55,322 nt of DNA. Origin: an uncultured Candidatus Saccharibacteria bacterium. GTDB lineage: Bacteria > Patescibacteriota > Saccharimonadia > Saccharimonadales > AWTP1-31. The notes beneath the pieces are model-generated. The model saw only the letters and a list, made by a program, of their open reading frames with translations. It ran no database searches and was not told the DNA's origin. The position numbers and the translations under genes were made by a program. How positions within the stretch are numbered: the first letter of the stretch is position 1; each line of letters starts with the position of its first letter. This document shows positions 25,797 through 35,877 of the stretch, piece by piece. The stretch is taken from NCBI GenBank assembly GCA_964615565.1, contig CAZTPC010000006.1:1-55322 (forward strand), in the 5' to 3' direction.

Positions 25797-25846
25797 GCAT
25801 AACCAACAGTGGTGAAACGCTAAGCATCAGCGTATACTAGTAGGTA

Positions 25847-27430
25847 ATGCGTGGGCACCGAAAACTTCGGGAAGATTTACTACTTGATAACAGAGGCTCT
25901 ACTCTGGTAGAGCTAGTTATTGGCTTGGCTGTACTTGCCATGGTTGGCATAGGTTTTTTGCTGTTTTATAACGCTCTACTAACGGGCGCTATCGCTGCTA
26001 AACAAAAATCGATTGCCTCTACCCTAGTAACCGACCAAATGGAATATCTCAAGTCGCTTCCCTACAACAGCTTAGCGGTAGCTGGTGGCAGCATTTATGC
26101 TCAAAATCCTTTGCCGGCCAGTAGCAACAAAAAAGTAAATAATTACACCTACACCATCAAGACTAGTATTAACTACATTGATGATGCATTTGACGGCTGT
26201 ACCAACTACCCGAGCACTGCGCTCAAACAAAAGTACTGTCGCAATTACCCTGCGCCAACTGGCGCACCAAGCGTGGACCAAAACCCTCAAGATTATAAAA
26301 TTGTCCATGTTACAGCCTACAGCCGTACCAACGTAAAGCTAGCAGAAGTCGACACACAGATATCAGCACGTGTAGCCGAAACAGCGAGTAACACCGGATC
26401 ACTATTCATTACCGTCATCGACGATAGTGGCGCGCCTGTTTCTGGTGCAACTGTTCAAACAAAGAACACTACATTAGCCCCGAGCTTACTACTTTCGGAT
26501 ACGACGGATAGTGCTGGTGTGGCAATATTCTACGGACTACCGCCGGATACCACCGGTTTTGATTACAATATCACCGCCTCCAAGGATGGGTTCTCTACAT
26601 TAACAACCATTGTCCCAAGTGGTAGCTTGCAGCCAAACTATCCTAACCAGAATATCTTTGCCCAGCAGCCAAGCTATACCACACTAACTATCAGCCCGAT
26701 GACCACCAATAGCCTAGCGTATGAGACGGTCACCACCAGTGGAGCCGCACTTGATAACGTTAAACTGTACGTAAAAGGTGGCTATAAGAAGTACACCGCA
26801 ACAACCGATACCTCCTACTATTATGACAACTTGTCACCAAGTGATACTCGCCCGATATCCGACGCAAGCGGCCTGGGAAGTATTAGCAACCTAACTCCTG
26901 GTAACTACTACATCTGTGGCGACACTGGTGCCACAAGCTGCAGTAGGAGTGGCGCCACATATTACCTCGCGGCAGCTGTACCGTACGGCGGCACAACTAT
27001 CCTTGGACCAACAGATATTCCAGCTTACGACATTAGTTTGCCGACATTTGATTACGGGGGCAACCCGTTCATCCAGAAGGTGCGCCTTATCTTAACGACG
27101 AGCGCAACATTCCCGAGAGTCACTTCAGCTACTCCGGCAGAAGTCAGCCTGAATAGCGGCACGGCCAATGCCTTTATGTTCCAAATAAATGGAGCTAATT
27201 TGCCTTGTAGCACAACAGCAGCCAGCTGCAGCACGGTCGTAAAAGTAGAGCAGGGCGCAACCAGCAAGACGGCAAGCTGTACCGGCGCTTCAAGTGGATT
27301 GCGCCTGGATTGTACGGTAGATATGAGTAGTTTTGCTCAAGGCCGGACCAACCTGGTTATCACCGCAAATAGCTCCACACTCACTCTCCCTGGCAGTCCA
27401 CTACTTGGAGGGTTTAATGTTGTACTCTAA
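25847..27430 (+). CDS. large pilin-like protein (minor pilin) with prepilin N-terminus
   Basis: '...LLDNRG/STLVELVIGLAVLAMVGIGF' with Glu at +5. An internal 'ITVIDDSGAPVSGATVQ' segment looks like a carboxypeptidase-regulatory-like beta sandwich. TATACT at 25833-25838 lies 8 nt upstream of the ATG. Confidence 0.75.
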   Translation: MRGHRKLREDLLLDNRGSTLVELVIGLAVLAMVGIGFLLFYNALLTGAIAAKQKSIASTLVTDQMEYLKSLPYNSLAVAGGSIYAQNPLPASSNKKVNNYTYTIKTSINYIDDAFDGCTNYPSTALKQKYCRNYPAPTGAPSVDQNPQDYKIVHVTAYSRTNVKLAEVDTQISARVAETASNTGSLFITVIDDSGAPVSGATVQTKNTTLAPSLLLSDTTDSAGVAIFYGLPPDTTGFDYNITASKDGFSTLTTIVPSGSLQPNYPNQNIFAQQPSYTTLTISPMTTNSLAYETVTTSGAALDNVKLYVKGGYKKYTATTDTSYYYDNLSPSDTRPISDASGLGSISNLTPGNYYICGDTGATSCSRSGATYYLAAAVPYGGTTILGPTDIPAYDISLPTFDYGGNPFIQKVRLILTTSATFPRVTSATPAEVSLNSGTANAFMFQINGANLPCSTTAASCSTVVKVEQGATSKTASCTGASSGLRLDCTVDMSSFAQGRTNLVITANSSTLTLPGSPLLGGFNVVL

Positions 27431-28127
27431 CCCAAAAGGAGCACGCCCCTTGCACAGCCATGGAAAATGGAATACATATTCCCGGTTCTACCCCTCTAAA
27501 GGCATTGCTGCGCAACGCTCACGCCTCAGACGTCGTAAGTTAGAGAATGATGGGTTTACTATTACCGAGTTGACCGTTGTTATCGTGCTGATTGGCATCG
27601 TTACGCTTGTTCTGTACGGTATCTTTAATGCCTCGTTAGTGAATTTCTTAGGACTCGAGAAAGATAGTGCCCAGTTTAATACCATAGCCCAGCAAAGTCA
27701 GCGCATTGCCACAGTAGTGAGAGGTCTAACAGACATCACTACTGCCGACAATAACGACATGCAGTTTTACGCCTACTTCTCGCCTAACGACTCATACGTT
27801 TCGTATATTCACTATTATTTAGCAGGCCCGAACCCCACCTTGTATGCCGAAGTCACGCCAATGAATGGCAACCCGCCAACTGGCACATTATTGACCGCCA
27901 AAAAACGGACCTACACAATCATCGAGAAGTTCAATAACCAGCCCTCTACTCCACTGTTCCAATATCTTGATTCGGTTGGGACTACGCTTTCCCAACCAAT
28001 TGCCGATCTCCATACCATCAAGGGTGTGCGTATTAATCTTTCTCAAAAGCAAGATGTGAAGCGTCTTGGTGATACCTATGACTCAAGCCTGACAGTGTCA
28101 CTACGTAATAGGAAGACAAACTTATGA
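27417..28127 (+). CDS. pilin-like protein (minor pilin) with an unusually long leader
   Basis: '...RRRKLENDG/FTITELTVVIVLIGIVTLVLYGIF'. ATG at 27417 is preceded by GGAGG and overlaps the upstream gene by 14 nt. That leaves a 47-aa basic leader before the G/F cleavage site. Confidence 0.7.
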   Translation: MLYSNPKGARPLHSHGKWNTYSRFYPSKGIAAQRSRLRRRKLENDGFTITELTVVIVLIGIVTLVLYGIFNASLVNFLGLEKDSAQFNTIAQQSQRIATVVRGLTDITTADNNDMQFYAYFSPNDSYVSYIHYYLAGPNPTLYAEVTPMNGNPPTGTLLTAKKRTYTIIEKFNNQPSTPLFQYLDSVGTTLSQPIADLHTIKGVRINLSQKQDVKRLGDTYDSSLTVSLRNRKTNL

Positions 28128-29719
28128 GGCTTTTTAAGAAGCTAGGAAAGATCAAAAACCAAGATGGGTTTGTTCTACCGGCAGCTCTTGGATTGATTAT
28201 CGTAATCACTGTTTTCGCAGCTGCTACGTTTACTATCGTCGAGAGTAACTTGTATGTTGTAAATACGAATGTAAAGCGCCAGAAGGCTTTGAATATTGCC
28301 GAAGCTGGACTTAATTATTATCTATGGCATCTTAGCCATAGTCCGAACGACTACCAAGATGGCCGGACAGGTATCGTGCCACAAGACGCGACACTTGGAT
28401 ATGGCCCATTTGTGCACAACTATCTTGATGACAACGGACAAAATGCCGGGACGTATACCTTGTACATAAAGCCGACAGGTAGCGGCTCAACCATTGCCCG
28501 AGTACGTTCAATCGGCAAGGTGGCAAACTCCGACATTATCCGGACCATTGACGGCTACCTAGGCGCACCATCCTTCGCCAGCTACGGCGTAGTCTCGGAC
28601 TCAGCACTATGGTTTGGTAGTACCGAAAAAGCTTCTGGTCCGGTTCACTCCAACCAAGGTATCCGTATGGATGGCGTCAATACGGCCGATGTCACCAGTG
28701 CTAATACTACCTATATCCCGCCTTCTTCGCTTGGTGGTAACGGGTCATCCTCGCAGCCAGGAGTGTGGTGCAGCAGCTCGATAACATCGCCCGTAAACTG
28801 CAATACAAGATCAAAAACTGATTGGAGATACCCTGTCCCGTCGGTCGACTTTAACGTAATTAGCGGTAACCTGTGCACCATTAAAAAAACAGCTCTGAGT
28901 GCCAACGCAGCAACTAGTGCTATTGCCAGTCAGGCGACTGCCTGTTCGCAGACGCCTACTACTCGAACATCCTCTTACTTACCCCAACGCGCAACAAACG
29001 GCAGCTACAGTGCTGCCCGAGGATATCTGATCGAACTCAACACGAATGGCACTTACAACCTATATAACGTAAACGGCGAGACAGACACAAGCTCACCATA
29101 TACTAATGCACTTACGTTGGCCTCACTAGGATCAAACATCTCCATCCCTAGCTCGGGCGTTATCTTTGCCGAAGACAATGTCTGGGTGCGTACTAACCCT
29201 ACATATCACGGCCGGGTCACTATTGCAGCCGGACGTCTTGCAACCAGTAGTAACGCCAACGTTACAATCGCAGATGATGTCGTGTATAGCACCAAGAACG
29301 GTAGCGATGCTATCGGCCTTGTCGCCGAGGGACAGATTTCTATTGCGCCGTATGCACCGCCTGCTACTGGAAGTTTTAACTTTGAAGTCGACGCCGCCAT
29401 GATTGCCCAGACTGGGACGGTTGGATACCCTAATGTCTATAACTCTAACAGTAACCGCTGCACTAGAGGTTGGGGCAATGCCAATCAAACGTTCACCTTC
29501 TACGGATCAGTAGCGACTAGGCAGCAGTGGACCTGGACATGGTCGCGAAATGGCTCCTGCCCTGACTCAGTGCAAGTTAGTTCTAACGAATGGGTTTCGG
29601 GCGTATATCACAACGATACTCAGTATGACTACAACCTACTGTATGCACCGCCACCTAGCTTCCCAATAACTAGCAGTTTTTCAATTCTGTCATGGCGAGA
29701 GGTGCTCACCCGACCATGA
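28124..29719 (+). CDS. PilX/GspK-like large minor pilin or tip-associated protein
   Basis: 'KIKNQDG/FVLPAALGLIIVITVFAAATF' lacks Glu+5, as PilX_N-type proteins do. 531 aa, Ser/Thr/Asn-rich. 4-nt overlap with the upstream gene. Confidence 0.65.
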   Translation: MRLFKKLGKIKNQDGFVLPAALGLIIVITVFAAATFTIVESNLYVVNTNVKRQKALNIAEAGLNYYLWHLSHSPNDYQDGRTGIVPQDATLGYGPFVHNYLDDNGQNAGTYTLYIKPTGSGSTIARVRSIGKVANSDIIRTIDGYLGAPSFASYGVVSDSALWFGSTEKASGPVHSNQGIRMDGVNTADVTSANTTYIPPSSLGGNGSSSQPGVWCSSSITSPVNCNTRSKTDWRYPVPSVDFNVISGNLCTIKKTALSANAATSAIASQATACSQTPTTRTSSYLPQRATNGSYSAARGYLIELNTNGTYNLYNVNGETDTSSPYTNALTLASLGSNISIPSSGVIFAEDNVWVRTNPTYHGRVTIAAGRLATSSNANVTIADDVVYSTKNGSDAIGLVAEGQISIAPYAPPATGSFNFEVDAAMIAQTGTVGYPNVYNSNSNRCTRGWGNANQTFTFYGSVATRQQWTWTWSRNGSCPDSVQVSSNEWVSGVYHNDTQYDYNLLYAPPPSFPITSSFSILSWREVLTRP

Positions 29720-29749
29720 TCTACATCTGTTATACTAACCATAACGCTT

Positions 29750-30790
29750 ATGTCTAAAACATACTTTTTTCGTGACCGCCCCATCTTTGGCATAACTATC
29801 AGCCACAGTGATGTTCAAGTCATGCAAGTACTCCATAAAGACGGGAGATTAGTCATCCGAGGCTATGGCTCGGGCGTACTAGATGCAAACACCGTCAAGG
29901 ATGGCATCATTACCAACCCAGAATCAGTCGCAAGAACTATTCGCCTTCTGATAGATAATGCCATCCAGGGCAAGATTACTACCGACCGGCTTGTTCTCTC
30001 TATCCCAAGCGCTCGTACATTTAGTCGTGCTGTTACTATGCCAAACTTACCTCCTGAGCAGCTGGCCGAAGCCGTCATGCTAGAGACCGAGCAATATACA
30101 CCAGTGGCGATCGATAGCCTGTACGTAGATTACACTCCTATCAATAAGATTGATGATCAAACAGAGATTTTCACTGTCGCGGCATCGAAGCAGGTTATTG
30201 ACTCTTACCTAGAAGTCGCCAAGCAGTTGCAACTTGAACCAGTATTGATAGAAACTCGTGCCGATTCCGTACAACGGCTGTTCACTAAGACAAAGTTTGG
30301 TGGAATCCCAAGCGTCCTAATAGATTTCGATAAAGATATGGTTGATATCTCAATTGTCGACAAGCATATTGTTGCTACTGCAACAGTAACAACTGGTCCT
30401 GATTTTAATAATCAGATCACCAAAGCTCTGGCCAACAAGCCAGCACTGCCCAAACTACAACCCGTAGAAGAAGAGCCGACCACAGACACAAAAGGCGACA
30501 ACCAACTACAGCAGTTTATTAAAGAAATTCGCCGCATGGTTCGTTACTATGAAGAACGGTATGATCGTACTCGGCAGATCGAACAGATTGTACTAGTTGG
30601 CGACGAAGCACGCATTCCTAGCCTTGCCGCCCTAATGACCGACCAATTACGACTTGCGGTGCGCACCGTTGATCTGTGGCAGTTATTCGACTACGAACAT
30701 GACCTATCGCCTTTGCCTGTCAACGCAAGTGCTCCGTATATTGCCGTTGCCGGGCTTGCGAGCGTAGATCCGGGAGAGGTGTTTGCATGA
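29750..30790 (+). CDS. pilM: type IV pilus assembly protein PilM (actin-like ATPase fold)
   Basis: Size, the 'FGITISHSDVQVMQV' start and its position immediately upstream of pilN/pilO. TGtTATACT box at 29720-29736. Confidence 0.8.
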   Translation: MSKTYFFRDRPIFGITISHSDVQVMQVLHKDGRLVIRGYGSGVLDANTVKDGIITNPESVARTIRLLIDNAIQGKITTDRLVLSIPSARTFSRAVTMPNLPPEQLAEAVMLETEQYTPVAIDSLYVDYTPINKIDDQTEIFTVAASKQVIDSYLEVAKQLQLEPVLIETRADSVQRLFTKTKFGGIPSVLIDFDKDMVDISIVDKHIVATATVTTGPDFNNQITKALANKPALPKLQPVEEEPTTDTKGDNQLQQFIKEIRRMVRYYEERYDRTRQIEQIVLVGDEARIPSLAALMTDQLRLAVRTVDLWQLFDYEHDLSPLPVNASAPYIAVAGLASVDPGEVFA

Positions 30791-31380
30791 TAAATCTACT
30801 CCCCCATGAACGAAGAAGCGAAATTGGCTTTGCCCGCAAGAACTTCTGGCTACTAAAGCTGTGTGGGATCTTTGCCTTGGTAATCATTGGGGTTGGAGTT
30901 ATTACCATGTCAGGTATTTTATACCTAAGAAGTAGTGAACGATCCTTCCAGCAACAGATCAGTAGCACCAGCCAATCGCTCAACAATCAACAACTCGATA
31001 CTGTTCAAAAGCAAGCCGAGGAGATCTCTGGCAACATCAAACTAACTACAGACGTATTATCCCGACAGGTATTATTCAGTAAACTTCTGCGCCAGATTGG
31101 TGCAGCGATGCCAAGCAACACTAGCCTCAGTGATCTCAAGATCAACAAAGGTGAAAAAGGTATATCGCTCACCGCAAGTGCCGTCGACTACGATGCCGCC
31201 ACTCAGGTACAGGTAAACTTAGCCGACCCAAAGAACAAGATATTTTCTAAGGCAGATATAGTCAGTATTAACTGCGACAAAACCGGAAGCAAATATCCAT
31301 GCACCGTCGTAGTCCGTGCCCTCTTTGGTGACAACGCCTCGTACCTATTCATTACACCAAAAGCAAAGGCCAAATCATGA
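30787..31380 (+). CDS. pilN: type IV pilus assembly protein PilN
   Basis: Canonical 'MINLLPHERR' N-terminus, single TM helix and coiled coil. 4-nt overlap with pilM. Confidence 0.85.
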   Translation: MINLLPHERRSEIGFARKNFWLLKLCGIFALVIIGVGVITMSGILYLRSSERSFQQQISSTSQSLNNQQLDTVQKQAEEISGNIKLTTDVLSRQVLFSKLLRQIGAAMPSNTSLSDLKINKGEKGISLTASAVDYDAATQVQVNLADPKNKIFSKADIVSINCDKTGSKYPCTVVVRALFGDNASYLFITPKAKAKS

Positions 31381-31967
31381 CCCCTAAGCGTATCTTTATG
31401 CTCATGATTGCCGTCACCGGGCTTCTTGGTTTGGCTGTTATCGGGAGTGCTGTTACGAGTACAAATATACTAAAGAAGTACGCAGCCAACCTGATGGAAG
31501 CAAAGCTGCAGAACCGAGTACTAGACGAGCAACAAGATTCGCTAACTAGCGCAAAGAAAGATATTGACACGTACACAGAGCTTAACCTAATAGCCCGATC
31601 CGTAGTGCCACAGGATAAAGACCAAGCTAAAACCGTTCGAAGTATCAACGATGTGGCTAAAAGCCTAGGCATTAAGCTTAGTGGAATTAGTTTCCCACCA
31701 AGTACACTTGGGCAATCTTCCAAAGCGGCCAAAGCTAAAGAAACTCAAGTCACACCGGTAACTGGCCTGAAAGGTTTGTACGAGATGCAGATCACCGTTC
31801 AATCCGACAGCAATACCCCCATAACCTACGACAAGTTCATTGATTTTCTAGAAAAGCTTGAGAACAATCGCCGTACAGCCCAAGTATCCAATATCACCAT
31901 CCTGCCAAATGTCGATGGTAGTAAGCTAACATTTAACCTAGTGCTCAGTACATACATAAAGCCATGA
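31377..31967 (+). CDS. pilO: PilO-like pilus assembly protein
   Basis: Single TM helix, coiled coil, then a small alpha/beta domain. 4-nt overlap with pilN. Confidence 0.6.
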   Translation: MTPKRIFMLMIAVTGLLGLAVIGSAVTSTNILKKYAANLMEAKLQNRVLDEQQDSLTSAKKDIDTYTELNLIARSVVPQDKDQAKTVRSINDVAKSLGIKLSGISFPPSTLGQSSKAAKAKETQVTPVTGLKGLYEMQITVQSDSNTPITYDKFIDFLEKLENNRRTAQVSNITILPNVDGSKLTFNLVLSTYIKP

Positions 31968-32263
31968 ATAAAGACCTAAAAGATCTCAAACCCATGTTCA
32001 TTAATGTTTTACGTTGGTTTAGGCGATATTATGCCATAATCCTATTCATTGTTGTGGCATCGATTTATGGCTTTATGATCTTCCAGATCAATCACTTCAA
32101 CCGCGAGCAGCCAGATGAAACAGCCGTGGCCGAACGCATAAAGCAAGTAAAGCGACCTAGTATCGACAAGCAGACTGCCGAGAAGCTGAAGAACCTCGAG
32201 GATAACAGCCAGGAAGTCCACGCCCTATTCCAGGGTGCACGCCAGAACCCTTTTCAGGAATAA
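31964..32263 (+). CDS. small bitopic membrane protein, last gene of the pilMNO unit (possible PilP analogue)
   Basis: 99 aa, TM helix 'YYAIILFIVVASIYGFMIF'. 4-nt overlap (ATGA) with the pilO-like gene. Confidence 0.5.
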   Translation: MNKDLKDLKPMFINVLRWFRRYYAIILFIVVASIYGFMIFQINHFNREQPDETAVAERIKQVKRPSIDKQTAEKLKNLEDNSQEVHALFQGARQNPFQE

Positions 32264-32281
32264 AAACAACAGAGGTATCGC

Positions 32282-32310
32282 TTGACGTAGATACCGCTTA
32301 CGGTAATAAT
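32282..32310 (+). promoter_or_regulatory. candidate promoter of the second pilin gene
   Basis: TTGACG (32282-32287), 16-17 nt spacer, TAATAAT (32304-32310). ATG at 32325. Confidence 0.4.
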
Positions 32311-32324
32311 TTAGTAAAACGATT

Positions 32325-32795
32325 ATGTATTACCAAAATAAACATCACGCTAGAATCTACAAAGAACGCGGCTTTACTATTGTTGAGCTTTTGATCATCA
32401 TTATCACTATCGGCTTGCTTGTAGGTATTTTCTTTACAACATTCACCGACATCGGCCGTAAACGACGCAACAGCGAACGCCAACAAGATGTTAAGACTAT
32501 CCAGCACGCAATCGAAGATTACTATTCACAAAAAGAACGGTACCCAAGTCTAGCACAAATTAATGATGTAAACTGGCGATCCAAAAATATCAAATCACTT
32601 AGCAATGACGACATAACCGACCCAAGCTCTAAGCAGTCTGCTTTGTCGCCAGCGCCCGCTGCCAAAGTGTATAGCTATGCTCCTGCTACCACAGATGGGG
32701 CACCATGCGACAACGTCACACTAGACTGCATGAAGTATGTTTTGACTGCCACACAAGAAGACGCGGAAGCTTACGCCAAGAACAACTATAACTAG
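32325..32795 (+). CDS. type IV pilin (second pilin paralog)
   Basis: 'MYYQNKHHARIYKERG/FTIVELLIIIITIGLLVGIF'. A C-terminal Cys pair ('CDNVTLDC'). Confidence 0.85.
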   Translation: MYYQNKHHARIYKERGFTIVELLIIIITIGLLVGIFFTTFTDIGRKRRNSERQQDVKTIQHAIEDYYSQKERYPSLAQINDVNWRSKNIKSLSNDDITDPSSKQSALSPAPAAKVYSYAPATTDGAPCDNVTLDCMKYVLTATQEDAEAYAKNNYN

Positions 32796-32809
32796 TCTGG
32801 CAACCTGTA

Positions 32810-33541
32810 CTATCCGCGAATTGAATGATTAGCTTCGTCGTCGTCAGCGCCGTCGGCCGCAATAGCCCCAATGCGCATACTCGGGTTTCCTTTTCGCTGC
32901 TGCTTGCGAACAGTTGGAGCTGGAGCAGATGGGTCATGCCCGGCCGGTGAAGAACTTCGGGAATAGGCACTTGCAGTGTCACGAAGTTCTAGTTCGCGAC
33001 TGCCCATGAATTGCTGTCTAGTCTCGAGTATCAATTTAGCATAGTGATCTGCATGCGGGCAGTAGTCAAAATGAAAGTTTTCTTGCTCACCAGCGGTCTC
33101 GACAAGCAATCGGCCATAGTTAAAGAGAGTCGGAAAAACACCGTTTTTGTTTGCCGTAACGTCTTCTACACTAGACACAGCCAGCTGCGAAGTCTTCTTA
33201 CTAAATAACCCAATCTGGATAGTTTGCGTGATTGTTTTGTCGGTGACCACTAACTCACTAAGGTTATAGATCACTGTGGCGATTCCTGCGATAAACACCA
33301 TAAATACGACAACCAGTACACTAAGTAAACCAACGATATTGTATAGGCCAGCGTAATCATCAGGAGGAAAGGCGCCTGGTAACACAAAATAGATCAATGC
33401 TCCTGCGCCAATAAGACCTACAATAATCTGAAAATATAATTTAATAATGCCAAATGGGTGACGCTTGATGACTGCCAACAATTTCTCGTCGTCATCAACC
33501 TGGCCAAGGGACATGCTGTAATCTTGCTTCGGGCCTTTCAT
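32810..33541 (-). CDS. membrane protein with bacterial PH (YdbS/YdbT-like, bPH_2) domain
   Basis: 'KRHPFGIIKLYFQIIVGLIGAGAL' plus a second TM hairpin and a beta-rich domain. TATAAT at 33550-33555 lies 8 nt upstream of the ATG. Confidence 0.6.
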   Translation of the reverse strand: MKGPKQDYSMSLGQVDDDEKLLAVIKRHPFGIIKLYFQIIVGLIGAGALIYFVLPGAFPPDDYAGLYNIVGLLSVLVVVFMVFIAGIATVIYNLSELVVTDKTITQTIQIGLFSKKTSQLAVSSVEDVTANKNGVFPTLFNYGRLLVETAGEQENFHFDYCPHADHYAKLILETRQQFMGSRELELRDTASAYSRSSSPAGHDPSAPAPTVRKQQRKGNPSMRIGAIAADGADDDEANHSIRG

Positions 33542-33558
33542 TTACCGTAATTATATCA

Positions 33559-34596
33559 TTAGTTACCAGATATGAGCGATGTTTGTTCGACGTCTTGTTG
33601 CCTGCCTAAATGCTTGTAAGCTTTGGGGGTGACTTTACGGCCACGTGGTGTCCGTTCTATTAACCCAATCTGCATCAAATATGGCTCATAGAAGTCTTCA
33701 ATAGTACTACGCTCTTCGGCTGTAAGCGCCGCCAATGTTTCGATACCTACTGGGCCACCGTTATAGTTGTCGATGATCGCTGCTAACAACATTCTATCTC
33801 CAGGATCGAGACCAAGTTCATCTATTTCTAGCAGCCGCAACGCACTAGTACTAATAACGGTGTCGATTATCCCGTCACCGTTAACATCGGCAAAGTCGCG
33901 GACTCGTCGCAGTAATCGATTGGCGATACGTGGGGTTAGGCGAGCACGATGCGCCAGTTGCTCGGCGGCTGCGGCGTCTACCTTTACGTTCAAGATAGAT
34001 GCTGCTCGTTCGATGATCTGTGCAACCTCTTCTGGTGCATAAAACTCTAGTCGATGGATCATGCCAAAACGATCACGAAGTGGTGCAGCTAGAGCGCCCG
34101 TACGAGTTGTTGCGCCGATTAACGTAAATCGAGGTAAATCGAGTCGCATACTCTTCGCGCTGGGGCCCTTACCGAGCATAATATCGAGCTTGAAGTCTTC
34201 CATTGCACTATACAAAACTTCTTCGACACTGCGATGCAAACGATGCACTTCGTCGATAAATAAGATGTCGCCGTCTTGGAGGTTGGTTAATAAACTAGCT
34301 AAGTCACCAGCACGCTCTATTGCTGGCCCACTGGTAATTCGTATCTGGGCACCCATTTCGTGGGCGATAACTGAAGCCATCGTTGTCTTACCTAGGCCCG
34401 GCGGACCGTACAACAGAATATGGTCGAGCGGCTCACCACGTTTTTTTGCAGCGTCTATGGCTAGCTTGAGGTTTTGCTTAAGTCGTTTCTGACCAATATA
34501 GTTAGCAAAATCTTTGGGACGCAAAGTGTTCTCGAACTGCTCTTCGTCCGCACTTACCTCATCTATCCCCGTATCCACAATCCGTTCAATTGCCAT
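33559..34596 (-). CDS. ruvB: Holliday junction branch migration helicase RuvB
   Basis: 'GPPGLGKTT' Walker A, 'FIDEVHRL' Walker B, sensor motifs. Start set to the ATG at 34596 (TATTAT at 34603-34608, 6 nt upstream); the track start is a GTG at 34602. Confidence 0.95.
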   Translation of the reverse strand: MAIERIVDTGIDEVSADEEQFENTLRPKDFANYIGQKRLKQNLKLAIDAAKKRGEPLDHILLYGPPGLGKTTMASVIAHEMGAQIRITSGPAIERAGDLASLLTNLQDGDILFIDEVHRLHRSVEEVLYSAMEDFKLDIMLGKGPSAKSMRLDLPRFTLIGATTRTGALAAPLRDRFGMIHRLEFYAPEEVAQIIERAASILNVKVDAAAAEQLAHRARLTPRIANRLLRRVRDFADVNGDGIIDTVISTSALRLLEIDELGLDPGDRMLLAAIIDNYNGGPVGIETLAALTAEERSTIEDFYEPYLMQIGLIERTPRGRKVTPKAYKHLGRQQDVEQTSLISGN

Positions 34597-34616
34597 AAGC
34601 ACATAATACCTTGTAT

Positions 34617-34645
34617 TTGACTAAGACAATAGTAAGTTCTAGAAT
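34617..34645 (+). promoter_or_regulatory. near-consensus promoter, leaderless configuration
   Basis: TTGACT (34617-34622), 17-nt spacer, TAGAAT (34640-34645), then 8 nt to the ATG at 34654. No Shine-Dalgarno. Confidence 0.6.
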
Positions 34646-34653
34646 TATCAGCT

Positions 34654-35283
34654 ATGCCGATTGTTTTTGGACGCCAGTTAGATTCAGACGACATGGGCTT
34701 GGTATTCCAAGCAGTTGCTGAGTTCCATGCCGAAAGTGAATTTCCGGTCATGTTTAGCTTTGAGCCGAACCCAATACAAGTTGCACCAGTTCTTGGCCGA
34801 CGTGCGTTAACAGCCCTCACAGAATTACGTGCATCTAGCGACCACGCCGAAGAACAGTATCAAAGGTTCATGGCTCGCCCAGTGTCTAGACAAGAAATAC
34901 CCTTAGATATTGGTCTTATTCTATTCATGCACCTTCCCTTAGATCAGCGTCGTGATTCCGAGGAGCGCATTGCCCTTGCCGCAGCGAGCAAAGGGTATGA
35001 GTTAACTGAAGTCCAGAAACTCAGCTTGCCCCTCGTTTTGCCTGATGGAGTACAGACTATTGACCACAAGTTTGTCCGCTGGCTGGCAAACAATGGGATC
35101 GACGATGTTAAACGCAGCCCAGCTCCACAAGATGTTGCTTGGACGACCTTAATGGATGAGAACCGCCGCTCAGAGGGGATGTTTAAACCACGCAGAGCTT
35201 TGGCGGGCAGAATATCTAGAGCAATTAAGGTTATTAGGTCTGGTCCGCTCGAGTTGGTTGAAGTCCCGGACACCATTGCTTAA
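34654..35283 (+). CDS. hypothetical protein
   Basis: 209-aa ORF with its own promoter. No motif I recognise. Confidence 0.6.
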   Translation: MPIVFGRQLDSDDMGLVFQAVAEFHAESEFPVMFSFEPNPIQVAPVLGRRALTALTELRASSDHAEEQYQRFMARPVSRQEIPLDIGLILFMHLPLDQRRDSEERIALAAASKGYELTEVQKLSLPLVLPDGVQTIDHKFVRWLANNGIDDVKRSPAPQDVAWTTLMDENRRSEGMFKPRRALAGRISRAIKVIRSGPLELVEVPDTIA

Positions 35284-35310
35284 AGTATACTTTTATAGTA
35301 TAATATATAC

Positions 35311-35877
35311 ATGATTAACGGCATCGAGTTCTACCGTGAAGTCAGTCCTTCCAGCAGATCATATCTGACGGGCAGGGCTGGTAATGCCTTAAAGACAGTA
35401 AACGCTGCTCTTGGCAGACAGACACTTGGTGAGCCAGATGTTGCCGAAGATGTTGTTATTGGATACATGGAAGTTGCCGGGCTAAGTCTACACGGAATTG
35501 CAGATGCAACAGAAAGCCTTACGGGCAACAAGCGCAACTGTGAAGTCGCACTAAAGCCAGAAGCCGCATCTTTCGAAGACGAAGGTGAACATATCGAAGG
35601 ACTACAGTTGCATGCTGGTCGTCGACTACTGGCTAAACAATCCAAAATAATGGGCAAAGCACTCCGAGAAGTTGGCATCCGACCCCATCTTGTTGTCCCC
35701 GATATGCAGCTAGCTGTGGTTCGCTTTATGCCAGATGTACTCGCAAAACTCAACACGTCGCAGGTTGAACCGATCAGCCAGACAGTCGCTCAAGACACCG
35801 GATTAGTCTATCTCGAAGGGATTCAAGCCCGTCCGATGGACGACGGCTCAGGCATGCACTTGCGTGCTGTCAGTTAA
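35311..35877 (+). CDS. hypothetical protein
   Basis: 188-aa ORF. TATAAT at 35299-35304 lies 6 nt upstream of the ATG. Its 3' end overlaps the ruvA stop by 4 nt (convergent). Confidence 0.6.
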   Translation: MINGIEFYREVSPSSRSYLTGRAGNALKTVNAALGRQTLGEPDVAEDVVIGYMEVAGLSLHGIADATESLTGNKRNCEVALKPEAASFEDEGEHIEGLQLHAGRRLLAKQSKIMGKALREVGIRPHLVVPDMQLAVVRFMPDVLAKLNTSQVEPISQTVAQDTGLVYLEGIQARPMDDGSGMHLRAVS

